The notes: generated from the letters alone by a model not told the origin. 49,817 bases of DNA from Promethearchaeota archaeon Loki_b32 (GCA_005223125.1 NJBH01000030.1:1-49817), one strand, 5' to 3'. Positions 1-10,589 are shown, counted from the first letter of the stretch. Numbers and translations are program-made.

Positions 1-95
1 CTTTACCGTTATACTTTAATGAAAGGCCTAAATCAGTCATAGGAATATTTCAAAAGTCGATAGATTCTAAAATTTGAAACAAGACTTTCGTAAGA

Positions 96-779
96 ATGGG
101 AATTACGGGGATAATTTTTTCTATTTCAACATTCTTTTATGTCTATGCTTTTGAGACAGCAGGTACCGTCAGTGCTGCGATTGCTATGCAAACATATCCC
201 TTATTCTCAATTGTTATGGAATTCATTTTATTTAAGAAGAAGAAGCGATTACCTGAGCTTATATTCACATTACTCATGATATTAGGAGTATATTATCTCG
301 GGACAGAAGGGACTTGGCTTATTAGTGGTTTTTCTCCTTGGTTTGCATTGGCATTGATTGTACCTTTTTTATGGGGCATTGCCCATGTTATTATTAAACA
401 CACACTTGATACGTCTCCAATTACTCCAAATCAAGTTACTTTTTTTCGGGTACTCGTATCTTCAATAATCCTTTTCGGAATTTCCTCTCTTCTAAGTGGT
501 ACTAATAACATTTTGGAAGGATTAATAATTATTGAATTTCAATTCTTTGGATTCCTGATGGGAATTGTTTATTATTTAGAACTCATTAATTGGTTTTATG
601 CTGTGAAGCATGTGGAAGTGTCTCTGGCAAGTACAATTACCACACCTACACCTATAATTACTATGATTTTTGCCTTATTCACATTAAAAGAATCTGTTGA
701 AATATACCAAATAATCGCTATGGTCACCGTATTTGTGAGTCTTCTTGGCTTACTATGGTCAGGAAGAGAAAAGAAATAA
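96..779 (+). CDS. EamA/DMT family transporter (5' part runs off the window; in-frame TGA at 75-77, possibly a pseudogene)
   Basis: Multi-TM protein with EamA-like repeats (YAFETAGTVSAAIAMQTYPLFS; YAVKHVEVSLASTITTPTPIIT). The frame reads from position 3 except for one TGA. Confidence 0.8.
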   Translation: MGITGIIFSISTFFYVYAFETAGTVSAAIAMQTYPLFSIVMEFILFKKKKRLPELIFTLLMILGVYYLGTEGTWLISGFSPWFALALIVPFLWGIAHVIIKHTLDTSPITPNQVTFFRVLVSSIILFGISSLLSGTNNILEGLIIIEFQFFGFLMGIVYYLELINWFYAVKHVEVSLASTITTPTPIITMIFALFTLKESVEIYQIIAMVTVFVSLLGLLWSGREKK

Positions 780-856
780 GGAATAATTGATAAATTTTTG
801 CTGGGAAAAATCACATTTTATTGAAATCAATCACTAATGTATAGTTTTTAAATTAT

Positions 857-1513
857 TCATGAGGGAGTCTCCCTAGGAATCAGTTTTATAGTATTTTCAG
901 GACAAGTAGTAACGCAGAGACCACATCCAAAACAAAAATTATGGTTAAAAATAATTTTTTCAGAAGAATCTAACATTCTCGCCCCAAAATGACATCGCTC
1001 CACACAAATATGACATTGAGTGCAAGTTTCTGAATCGAATGTTGCTACAAATTCACTTGGCTCAACTAATCCTTTCATGTTTAACAATTGTAATCCTTGA
1101 AGAGCTTGACAACAACACGGGCAGCAGCTACATACTTCAGAGGGAAATTGGCTATGTGTAATCGATTGATGCATTGCTAAATGGATTAATCCTTTTTCAT
1201 GAGTCTCAGAAACAATGAGTTTAGCTTGTTCCGCAGTTACATATTTAGCTCGTCCATCCTTTACACATGTTTCTGCTCTAGAGTTGAAGAAAATACAGGT
1301 CTCTCTTGGAGAATTACAATTTTGGAGAGTTGTACGACAGACACAACTCCCTAAAGCGATTTTTTCTGCTTGCATGATAATTTGATTGACTCTATTTAAA
1401 TCTAAAGCAACTTGCTTATTTTCTATTTGGATATTAACTGGAATAGTAAAGGCGTACCATCTTTCTTTAAAATCAGAAAGTTCTGCATCTGACCACTGTT
1501 TGTTTTTTTGCAT
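857..1513 (-). CDS. 4Fe-4S dicluster-domain protein
   Basis: CVCR, CSCCPCCC and two ferredoxin motifs (CTQCHICVERC; CFGCGLCVTTCP). Confidence 0.85.
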   Translation of the reverse strand: MQKNKQWSDAELSDFKERWYAFTIPVNIQIENKQVALDLNRVNQIIMQAEKIALGSCVCRTTLQNCNSPRETCIFFNSRAETCVKDGRAKYVTAEQAKLIVSETHEKGLIHLAMHQSITHSQFPSEVCSCCPCCCQALQGLQLLNMKGLVEPSEFVATFDSETCTQCHICVERCHFGARMLDSSEKIIFNHNFCFGCGLCVTTCPENTIKLIPRETPS

Positions 1514-1803
1514 ATAGAATCCATTAAATTTTTTAAAATAAATAACTCTAATTCTAATTTATAGTCTTCTAAAAACATTATGAAATCCTACTTTCTTAGC
1601 GATTTTTGCAATATATAAAAAAACCCGCAATTACAATAATTTCAATTATAATGCCAATAATATTAACAAAATTATTTTAGAATTAAATTTCTTCTAGACT
1701 TTTCTTGTTCTACTGTTTCTTACTTTCGTTTGATTTTTGCTTTAAATCATGTAATATCTATGAGAGTTGTAAATTATAATAAAAATGAAAGCCTATTTCA
1801 AAA

Positions 1804-2202
1804 ATGGAAGAAAAGTCAAGTCAGATTGATGATATTAAGAAATTCCGAAGGAAGTACTATGATGCCCATGCGAGAATTTATGATGGAGAATGGAATGAAG
1901 ATTCGATTGAAGAATTCTTAAGTTTCAAAAAAAAAGTATCTATAACTCCTGGAGCTGTTGTTTTAGACATCGCAACGGGAACAGGGATATACTTGATTCA
2001 TATGGCGAAATCAGGTGCCCTCTGTTATGGTATTGATCAATCTCCAAAGATGCTCAAACATTTGAATCTTAGAATCAAAAAAGAAAATGTCGAGCAAAGC
2101 ATAAAGAAAATAAGTGTAGGAGTAGCAGATGATTTACATTATCCTGATCAATACTTTAGGGCAAAAAATAAATGGAAAAGGATGATAAGTCTCTTAAAAT
2201 GA
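1804..2202 (+). pseudogene. Class I SAM-dependent methyltransferase, C-terminally truncated
   Basis: Motif I VLDIATGTG and GIDQSPKML; similarity stops right after LHYPDQYF and downstream frames are full of stops. Confidence 0.7.
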
Positions 2203-2348
2203 TCAATGCATCAATTTAATGAAAAATCGAAACAAACTAGAGAAAATTTGAATAATACCCGTAATATTCCAACCCATCAAAAACAAAAGAGATAGAAGAC
2301 TTTATTCCCAAAGAGGTTTTATTTGGACTTTATTTCCAAGAAGTGATT

Positions 2349-2948
2349 TCACGTACAAATATGATTAAATCGAATTAATTTCCATTTTTTAAATGTTGTC
2401 TGGTATTCAATTTCCATAATCCCACATGTATCTACTCGAAAATCCCATCTTCGATACACGGCAATTCCTAATATGTAGCACAATAACAGTCGAATCAATC
2501 CATCATGGCTAACAAGAATAATATCCTCCTTGGATACCAGTCTGTCTTCAAAAAACGACTTGATCCGGTTTCGGGCATCTTCTCCACTCTCTCCTTCGAG
2601 AAATTGAAAATCACGATCCCTATCCTTAAAAGCATTCCAAACATCGGGATATCTCTGCTGTAATACTTGCTCAGATAATCCTTCAATTAAGCCATTATCA
2701 ATTTCGTTTAAGCGACTATCAGCAATCGGTGATATCTTTTTTTTTTCAGCAACATATTTAATTGTTTGTTTAGTTCGAATATATTCACTAACATAAATTT
2801 TATCAATCGACTTATCTGAGAAGTACGAAAATAATTTTTGTGCCTTTAAATGTCCTTTTTCACCAATTGGCTGATCATGATGCCTTAAATCAGGATTATA
2901 AAAATCTCCTTGTTCTTTATCAGCATGCCGAATTATATACCATTTCAT
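2349..2948 (-). CDS. Histidine phosphatase (phosphoglycerate mutase-like) family protein
   Basis: IIRHA, SEYIRTKQT, LNEIDNG, GES and LVSHDG motifs. Confidence 0.9.
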   Translation of the reverse strand: MKWYIIRHADKEQGDFYNPDLRHHDQPIGEKGHLKAQKLFSYFSDKSIDKIYVSEYIRTKQTIKYVAEKKKISPIADSRLNEIDNGLIEGLSEQVLQQRYPDVWNAFKDRDRDFQFLEGESGEDARNRIKSFFEDRLVSKEDIILVSHDGLIRLLLCYILGIAVYRRWDFRVDTCGIMEIEYQTTFKKWKLIRFNHICT

Positions 2949-3167
2949 TTTAAAATCCTTTTTCTAATTATTCACAACAGATGATTAATAATTATCTATA
3001 TATTATCTACTTTATTTTTACTCATAACTTGTATGATTTTCTTGCTTCAGACAATCCTGTAGATTCTATATATAACAAACCTAAATGTTATGGTTTTACA
3101 ATTTAAGGTAAAAAAAAATGCTATTAAGATCTTAAGAATTTATAAGGTTAATAAAAAAAAAGATAGG

Positions 3168-3196
3168 CTCTGAAATTACCTTTCCACCCCAATTTC
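3168..3196. repeat. 29-bp dispersed direct repeat, copy 1
   Basis: CTCTGAAATTACCTTTCCACCCCAATTTC; 26/29 identical to 5710-5738. Confidence 0.7.
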
Positions 3197-3255
3197 GCTC
3201 ATCGCTAATCCTCAAATTATAAGTATAAATAATGTAAGGGATAATTATAATTTAA

Positions 3256-3411
3256 ATTTTTTATCATGCGGCAGCGGTCGATAATTTAAAAGCTTTGCAT
3301 GATAATGTGTTAGAAATTTTAAAGGCTTCATTTACTCCACGGGAGATTCGGATGCGATTGCGAGAGGTGGAGTATGACGAGAAGGAAGCTGAGCAAGTAT
3401 TTCCTTTATAA
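3256..3411 (+). pseudogene. Startless 3' gene remnant (..HAAAVDNLKALHDNVLEILKASFTPREIRMRLREVEYDEKEAEQVFPL*)
   Basis: GC-richer open frame of 51 codons with no start codon at its 5' end, followed by a T-rich tract; partial copies at 4424-4489 and 7430-7450. Confidence 0.55.
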
Positions 3412-3607
3412 ATTTTACAAATTTTTATTTATCGCTTATTTTTTAGATTTTTTCTATATTTGAATCAATTATTAAATTTCCAAATGGTGGCATAGCCAAG
3501 AACTACCAAATCTTTATTGGATTTATATAAAGAATTGCAATTAATGGACTCCTATTGATTATTCAATTCTCTTTGAGATCGATATATTAGATACCTAAAT
3601 ATTAAAT

Positions 3608-4363
3608 TTGAAAATAAAAATGTCAAATATAGGAGTTAATAAAGAATTCCATGATTTTGGGAAATATATTCAAGTCGTTGCAATTTTAACGATTGTAAGC
3701 ATTACTACAGGAATGGCAGGTTTTATAGCAATGATTTTTATTTTTATTGCAATGAGAAGTCTTAAAAGGGCAAATTATACCTTAAATAACTCGTCGTTAC
3801 ATGAATTTCGATCAAAATATATCAAGGGTTTTATATCAAGAATATGTGGCATGATCATCTTGATTATCGGAGGTGTTAATCTTGCGTTATTTTTCTTTAT
3901 CCCTACCTCGATCCCTATTTATATCTCGCTCTCTATACCTATAATTCTTATAATATCGGGTATAGTGTTTATATATGTAGGCGTAGCAGCTGAAATGAAA
4001 GCGTGGAAAAATCTCAAATTATTTTTTGAGAATAATTTTAGGATGTTTCCAGTCAATATATCTGAGGAGGCAATTGAGGGTTGTGAAAAACTTAAAAAAG
4101 GTGCCCTTTTAAGTTCATTATGGTTTTTAATCGTTCCGGTAATCATTGGATTTATCTATCAAGTTAAAGGGTATTTTATGCTAGCAACATTAAACAAATT
4201 GTCGACTAATGACGCTCCAGAATCTACAGAACTGCAATCAGACTTATATAAACCTCAATTAATAAAAGATCCTGAAAGAAAAATTAATTTTTGCCCAAAT
4301 TGTGGAACCAAATTATCTGAACTAGGAAATTTTTGTGCTTTATGTGGTTCAGCGATTAGCTAA
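3608..4363 (+). CDS. Membrane protein with C-terminal zinc ribbon
   Basis: Several TM helices plus FCPNCG..FCALCG. Confidence 0.8.
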   Translation: MKIKMSNIGVNKEFHDFGKYIQVVAILTIVSITTGMAGFIAMIFIFIAMRSLKRANYTLNNSSLHEFRSKYIKGFISRICGMIILIIGGVNLALFFFIPTSIPIYISLSIPIILIISGIVFIYVGVAAEMKAWKNLKLFFENNFRMFPVNISEEAIEGCEKLKKGALLSSLWFLIVPVIIGFIYQVKGYFMLATLNKLSTNDAPESTELQSDLYKPQLIKDPERKINFCPNCGTKLSELGNFCALCGSAIS

Positions 4364-4514
4364 TAATTATTTTTTTTTTTTTATTTTTTTATAAATATTT
4401 ACAAAATTATTGTTTTAATGGTATTTACTGTTTTTAGATAATTTTTGAAGAAATTTTCATTGAAGTATGATGAAAAAGAAGCCGAGAAATTCAAAGTTTT
4501 TTTGGAGGATATGA

Positions 4515-5603
4515 TTATTCTTCTAGACTTTCTTTCAAAACAATGTTTATTAATAAGTCCTGGTACTTCTCTTTTTCTTCAATTATTAAAAAGTGTGCTG
4601 AGTTTTCAAAAATGACAAGTTTTTTACCTTTTTCAGCGTCTAAGTTTTTATAATAATTCTCAACAAGAATTGTGGGATGGATCATATCATATTTACCTGC
4701 AAAGAAGTATATGGGAACTTTTATAGACTGTATTTCATTTGTAAAATTGATATTTTTTATTTCATCAAACAAAGCGTTCGTAGTAAAATGCAATCCTTTT
4801 CCTCTTAAAGTTTTAATTCCTTCTCTTAATGAATATTCAGGTGAAGTTAAATAGCTTAAAATAATTCCTCCAATTAATTTAATAGATTTATGATGCGTAA
4901 ATCCTCCATATCGCCCAATATACCTAGATTTTTCGAAGAATTTTTTCGGTGTTTCATAAGGCGGAGATCCAATTGCTTTTATAGCTTTTAATTTTTTTAA
5001 ATCTCCAGATTTTTCAGCTTCTTCAACTATAAAATTATAAGATATTCTTTCTTGTTCATAGTCGTTGATAATTTGCCCCACTCCTACATAAGCTTGGATT
5101 TTTTCTGGATATTTATAAGTAGTTTTAATTCCAATTACTGTTCCTGAAGAGTGTGCGACAATAAAAACTTTTTGAGTGTTAAACTTAATTCGTAAATAAT
5201 CAATTAACTCATTACAGTCTTCAACCAATCTATCCAAAGTCATTGAATAGACTGGGATATCACTATTATATGATTTACCTGCTCCTCGCTGATCCCAATG
5301 AACTACTGTAAAATGTTTAATTAATTCAGCATCTAATTTACGCGAACTTGACATACCCAATGCTGGTTCACCAGGACCCCCATGTAAAAATATCAAAATT
5401 GGGTTTTTTTGATCTGTACCTCTAATGAATATCCATTGTTTCAAACCGCCCAGTGTAATCTCTTCTAATGAACTTATACCATTAGAAGTTTTAATTTTAG
5501 TTGAATTTCTCAAACTGTTCCTGTATATTAGTAAACTAATAAAAACAAGTAATAAAAGGACTATTAAAATGAATACAACACATATAATAATCTGTAAATA
5601 CAA
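4515..5603 (-). CDS. Alpha/beta hydrolase (proline iminopeptidase-like), N-terminal membrane anchor
   Basis: LHGGPG, WDQRGAGKS, nucleophile elbow AHSSG, GKYD, FENSAH. Confidence 0.9.
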   Translation of the reverse strand: MYLQIIICVVFILIVLLLLVFISLLIYRNSLRNSTKIKTSNGISSLEEITLGGLKQWIFIRGTDQKNPILIFLHGGPGEPALGMSSSRKLDAELIKHFTVVHWDQRGAGKSYNSDIPVYSMTLDRLVEDCNELIDYLRIKFNTQKVFIVAHSSGTVIGIKTTYKYPEKIQAYVGVGQIINDYEQERISYNFIVEEAEKSGDLKKLKAIKAIGSPPYETPKKFFEKSRYIGRYGGFTHHKSIKLIGGIILSYLTSPEYSLREGIKTLRGKGLHFTTNALFDEIKNINFTNEIQSIKVPIYFFAGKYDMIHPTILVENYYKNLDAEKGKKLVIFENSAHFLIIEEKEKYQDLLINIVLKESLEE

Positions 5604-5709
5604 TTTCGCCTCATTCTCTTTTTAATTTAAACTTCATGTTACTTCGAGGAGTTCTTGCTATTTTAATTTTAACTTTAAGTTTTTCCATTGAAATTTCATT
5701 GAAATCAGA

Positions 5710-5738
5710 CTCTGAATTTACCTTTCCATTCCAATTTC
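5710..5738. repeat. 29-bp dispersed direct repeat, copy 2 (overlaps the CCAATTTC-AAGG-GAAATTGG hairpin at 5731-5750)
   Basis: CTCTGAATTTACCTTTCCATTCCAATTTC. Confidence 0.7.
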
Positions 5739-5784
5739 AAGGGAAATTGGGACAAAATTTAAAAAGAAAAAATATAAATCCTAA

Positions 5785-6531
5785 TTAACTCGAAGTGTAG
5801 AAAGGAAGAGTGCTGAGTTTCTTTTGGATTTCGTTAAATGGGTGTAAAACCATTTTTTTGGTGAGTTCATAAACATCTTTTGCATCTGAATAAATACTAT
5901 GCCATTTTACGGCCTTTCCAAACACAGTTTTTAACGTTGCCTTCTTATTAAGGAGGACGTCCTTTGCAACATCCTTTGGCATATTTGCCATTGTTTCTTT
6001 AAAGACTTTATCTATAGCAGTTTTTACCTTCATTTTGGGTTTATCCTGTAGTTTTTTAACTACATTATCCATATAGTCTTTATATTCACTTAAATAATCA
6101 AATGTCTTTTCAGCATAATTAACAACTTTTTGAGCGTCAATTTTACTCGCATCAAAACCTTGAATTGTCTCTCCAATCCTTTCTTTCGCTTTATCTACAA
6201 GTCCATCTTTAATTTCCTTAATTAGAACATCTATTGAGCCTTCACCAGATAAAACATCATTAGCCTTCTGTTCTAAACTTGAGAGGAGACTTCTTTCTAT
6301 TTCTATTGGTGAAGACTGAGTGCTTTTAAGATTATTTTTCATTCTTTTGGTGTGTTCTGTATCATATTTATTCATTATATGATCCTCTGCACTTTCTTGC
6401 TGCATTTGATTTTCTTGTTGTTCTCCTGCAATGCATGAAGAACAAATTCCGTTATATGTATGTACCTCACCTATCCAGGTTTCAGTATTATATACCCTTT
6501 TACACTTCTCGCAATGATTATATTTTACCAT
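5785..6531 (-). CDS. Hypothetical protein with N-terminal CxxC..CxxC and helical C-terminus
   Basis: 248-aa ORF; CEKC...CSSC. Confidence 0.65.
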   Translation of the reverse strand: MVKYNHCEKCKRVYNTETWIGEVHTYNGICSSCIAGEQQENQMQQESAEDHIMNKYDTEHTKRMKNNLKSTQSSPIEIERSLLSSLEQKANDVLSGEGSIDVLIKEIKDGLVDKAKERIGETIQGFDASKIDAQKVVNYAEKTFDYLSEYKDYMDNVVKKLQDKPKMKVKTAIDKVFKETMANMPKDVAKDVLLNKKATLKTVFGKAVKWHSIYSDAKDVYELTKKMVLHPFNEIQKKLSTLPFYTSS

Positions 6532-6774
6532 AAATAACTCATACCTTGTTTTTAAGTGAATAAAATTATTATTTTTAATTTTTAACTTGAGTTTATATTA
6601 TTTTCGCTATATTAGGAGAATAAAATTTGTTAGTGATTTATAATTAGGTTAATTTTCTTTATTAACATTTAGCGAAAAAATTTTCCCTATTTTTATAAAA
6701 TTTATATGGATTCTAAGTGTTAAATATATTTAATAATTCAAAATATTAGGTAAAAGTAAAAATCCTAAAACACA

Positions 6775-7394
6775 TTGATGAGAATGGTAGATGAAGAAAA
6801 TGAGCAGAAAAAGAAAATTGCAGAAGCAGAAGATTATTATAAAAAAGGATTAGTTTACGGTCAGGAGTCTGATGTTAACGGGGCGATTGAATGTTGGCAA
6901 AAAACTGTGGAATTGAATCCTAACCACTTTGAAGGATGGTACAATTTGGGCAATGTATATGACATAGGAAAGGGGGATTTAGAGCGAGCATTAGAGTGTT
7001 GGAATAGAGCGTTGGAACTCAAACCAGATGAGGTGATGTGTTGTATAATATGGGCAACGCTTACAGAGAAAATAAATATTACGATAAGGCAATAGAAAGT
7101 TATAAAAAAGTAGTAGAAATAAATCCGGAGGATCATGAAGCATGGAATAATATGGCGAATGCTTATCGCGGTAAAGGTGAGTTAACTCAAGCGATTGAGT
7201 ATTGGAAGAAAGCTCTGGAAATTAAACCCGACAAATATGAAACATGGTATAATCTAGGAGTTATATATAGAGAACTAGGGGAATTTGATCTGGCGACAAA
7301 TTGTTGTCAAAGAATCCTAGAGAGATACCCTAACTCCTACGAGGTGAAACGTTTACTAAACACAATTAATGAAGAAAAAGAAAGAGCAAAATAA
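6775..7394 (+). pseudogene. TPR-repeat protein with a 1-nt frameshift at ~7033
   Basis: Two overlapping ORFs form continuous TPRs; the junction GAT GAG GT GAT GTG TTG TAT AAT lacks one base for P-D-E-x-D-V-L-Y-N-M-G. Confidence 0.8.
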
Positions 7395-7482
7395 AAAAAA
7401 TAAGTTTTTCAAAACAAATGGATATGTGCGAGAAAGTTTTTCCTTTATAGTTTTTGTATTTTTTTTTATTTGGAATAAAAAA

Positions 7483-7653
7483 TTAAGAGTAATTTAAATC
7501 AACGCACAGTTCTTTTGCGATGATAAACAGCGCTTTCTTATAGGAGATAAATCCAGAAAAAGCATCTTTGTTCTGATTAACCCTATTTTGAAGTTCTTTT
7601 CTGGAAAGTCCTGTTTCTTTAATTATCCTTATGATACAATCTTCAATATTCAT
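7483..7653 (-). CDS. Small protein resembling the N-terminal helical domain of archaeal RPA (DUF2240-like)
   Basis: I..ETGLSRKEL......SGFIS..KALFIIAKEL.VD pattern; likely ATG at 7653. Confidence 0.5.
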   Translation of the reverse strand: MNIEDCIIRIIKETGLSRKELQNRVNQNKDAFSGFISYKKALFIIAKELCVDLNYS

Positions 7654-7797
7654 TATTAAATAAATTATGAATCTGCTCTTTTTATGTCGTATGTCTCTAT
7701 AGATTTTCAATAATTTTTCTATCGTTTTTTCCAACTTTAAGTCCCAAAATAAGTTAATATATACTCTAGCCTTGATTATTAATATTTAAAGTTATAT

Positions 7798-8754
7798 TTG
7801 AATCATCAATTGAAGGATAAATTAAATTTGATCCCTCTTTATTATTTCAGTGCATCAGGAAACACTAAATACTGCTCTCAGCTAGTTCAACGTGGATTTC
7901 AAGATAAAAGCGTTTCAATTGAGCTAATTAGAATAAAGTCTGTACGAGATCTTACATTTCCAGATAAAAGTAAGTCATATCCTGCTATAGGTCTTGCTTT
8001 CCCTATATATGAATTTATGGTCCCTCGTATAATTTTGATTTGGTTAAACCAATTACCCACTGCTAATCAAACAACTCCAGTATTTATTATTGATACTAGT
8101 GGAGGATTACCCTGTAATTCTGCGGAAATTGCAATGGATTTATTACGGAAAAAGAATTATGAGCCTATTGGGGTTTTAGAAGTTCCAACACCTACAGTTG
8201 AGCCGTTTTTCGATAACAAATATTACCCAGCTGGATGGAATCGGGAGATTCTTGATAGATGCTATTATTTTGGTGCTTTACTCGCCAAAAAGTTACGGAA
8301 AGAAGATAATAGATTTATTGATTTACGCCTCGGACGCTTTCGTTTTCGCAAATTAACAAAATATATGTATCGATTTTTTATTGAGGGATGGTCCTCTTCA
8401 GCTGGGCTAATTAGATTTGATCCTTCTAAATGTAATAGATGCGGTGCATGTGAACGGGTATGTCCTATGGCAGCTATTAATATTCAACAAATACCTAATC
8501 TTATTAATCACAACCGTTGTATGTTTTGCGCTACATGTATCCGAACTTGTCCGTATCATGCGATTAAGATTTCTTATCGCCCTAAAAAAAGCCCTCCCTC
8601 AGCAATATGGACCCCGAAATCTCGTCCGGGATATATCGATCCTGAAAAATATCATTATAGTAAAAACCCTAGTCTCGGTAGTGGATATTTACGTCTTCTT
8701 ATAGGTATGATGAGAGTTAAGAAAATTTTAATGAATAAGAGAATTAATGGTTGA
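7798..8754 (+). CDS. EFR1-family flavodoxin-like/4Fe-4S protein
   Basis: YFSASGNT and AFPIY flavodoxin-like motifs plus CNRCGACERVCP and CMFCATCIRTCP. Confidence 0.85.
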   Translation: MNHQLKDKLNLIPLYYFSASGNTKYCSQLVQRGFQDKSVSIELIRIKSVRDLTFPDKSKSYPAIGLAFPIYEFMVPRIILIWLNQLPTANQTTPVFIIDTSGGLPCNSAEIAMDLLRKKNYEPIGVLEVPTPTVEPFFDNKYYPAGWNREILDRCYYFGALLAKKLRKEDNRFIDLRLGRFRFRKLTKYMYRFFIEGWSSSAGLIRFDPSKCNRCGACERVCPMAAINIQQIPNLINHNRCMFCATCIRTCPYHAIKISYRPKKSPPSAIWTPKSRPGYIDPEKYHYSKNPSLGSGYLRLLIGMMRVKKILMNKRING

Positions 8755-8813
8755 TGCTAATGATCTTTTTTATGAGATTTCTGTCCTTTCAATGATTTAA
8801 CCTTAATATTACA

Positions 8814-9093
8814 TCAAAAAAATAGTCGTAGAGTTCCGAGAATGATGGTAATGATCACAATTAGAATTGTTATTCTTCCTAGCCATTTATGAAAAAGTCT
8901 GATTGAACGAATCTTCTTAGGAGGTCTTTTCTTTTTCACAGCCCAGAATATAGATTGACCAATTAGTGGAGTAAAGCTTAAAAAACTTATGGATATTAAA
9001 CCAAAAACTGAATGAATGTTATTAATATGATTATTAAAATTTTCACCGACCATCCTAATTCCTAATCCAACTAAACAAGAGAAAACAAGAGAT
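8814..9093 (-). pseudogene. 5'-truncated cytochrome b561-like membrane protein
   Basis: TM helices with IHSVFG and FHKWLGR histidines; the hydrophobic frame continues upstream to a stop at 9094-9096. Confidence 0.55.
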
Positions 9094-9672
9094 TTAATTA
9101 GATTAGGACTACTTGAATCCTATACAAAAGATGATGAAATTCAACCAGGTAATATTAAAAGGAAGTATTATCGACTAAGTCAAAATTTTGATTCAATAAT
9201 GGAGAAAAAAGAGTTTGATTTGGAAAAAGCAATAAGAGAAAATAATTGGGAACCTCTTCTTGAAAATTTAGTAAAATATTCCTTTGAGTATAAAAAAATC
9301 AAGATGATTTCAGAACATTTAAACAATTATATAGAGGTGACAGAAAATCAGCTTCTAACGTCTGTAGCAATTGAAGAATTGCCGATGATTGAAACAATTA
9401 ATTTACTCATGGAGAGATTGGAACATATTTTAATTAACTTTCACTATTTGTCGGAAAAACAGTATAAAAAAGCAATTTCTTTAAGCTCTGAATTTCATAC
9501 AAAATTGGAAAAGGTGTTAGAAAATGATGATAGTTCAGAAAAGCCATACTTATACATTGATATGCTATTACCTATTCTAATTATTACAAAATTTGGGAGT
9601 AAATCTTACTTAAATCTATTAAAACTACGTCAGGCGGTTAAGGATACACAAAATTCAAAATTCAAGAAATGA
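9088..9672 (+). pseudogene. 5'-truncated winged-helix (ArsR-like) regulator
   Basis: The frame upstream of ATG 9199 encodes the wing RDLIRLGLLESY...KRKYYRLS, but the HTH N-terminus is missing. Confidence 0.6.
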
Positions 9673-9910
9673 AGTAAAACTAATTGCAGACAATGAATAT
9701 ATCGTATTTGATTTATAAAATTTGAGATAAACATCAATTCAAGGAAATTTAATTACATATCCAAGAAAGTTTTTCAATTCTTATTTTTATTTTTAATATT
9801 TTTCTTTTCGAAAACCTTACATTTTATAATTCAAAATAATAAATATGTTGATTAATTTCAACACTTAAGATTAAAAAATTACTTTTTGTAAAAAACTGTG
9901 ACAAAAAAAA

Positions 9911-10582
9911 ATGGTTATTATAACTACTAAGAAGCCAGTAGATGAAGTTCTTAATGTTCTGAAAGATAATAATGCTAGAAAATTGTTTCTTGTAAGTTGT
10001 GGAGTTTGTTCCGCGTTATGTCAAACAGGCGGCGAAGAAGGCTTAGTGGAATGGAAAGAAATCTTAGAGAATGAAGGATATGATATAGTTAATGGCATAG
10101 TTGTAGATGATGTTTGTGATAATAGGGAAATGGCAAAGGTCGTACGTAAAAATGACGCTGATGTTCAAGAAGCTGATTCCATTATTACTTTAAGCTGTGG
10201 ACTTGGTGTTCAATCTATAGTCCAGGTGCTTTCTAAGAAATATCCTGAAAAGAATGTGTTTGTTACAAATAATACAGAATTTATGGGTATGACGGAGCGA
10301 ATCGGCAGATTTTATATGCGATGTCAAGGCTGTGGTGATTGTCTCTTAAATGAGACTGGCGGTATTTGTCCAATAACTACGTGTGCTAAATCGCTTATGA
10401 ATGGTCCATGCGGAGGAATGGTTAATGAAAAATGTGAGGTTGGTAATTACGAGAAAGATTGCGGTTGGGTATTAATTTATAATCGATTGAAAGAGATAGG
10501 AAGATTAGATTTATTCTCCAAATTAAGAGATCCAGTAGATTGGAGCGAATCTGGTCACCAAAGAGAAGTAGTATGGAGGTAA
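9911..10582 (+). CDS. metV: Methylenetetrahydrofolate reductase small subunit (MTHFR_C, MetV-like)
   Basis: CGVCSALCQTGG, SCGLGVQ, CQGCGDC, CPITTCAKSLMNGPCGG, CGWVLIY; directly upstream of metF. Confidence 0.9.
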   Translation: MVIITTKKPVDEVLNVLKDNNARKLFLVSCGVCSALCQTGGEEGLVEWKEILENEGYDIVNGIVVDDVCDNREMAKVVRKNDADVQEADSIITLSCGLGVQSIVQVLSKKYPEKNVFVTNNTEFMGMTERIGRFYMRCQGCGDCLLNETGGICPITTCAKSLMNGPCGGMVNEKCEVGNYEKDCGWVLIYNRLKEIGRLDLFSKLRDPVDWSESGHQREVVWR

Positions 10583-10589
10583 AGTCAAA

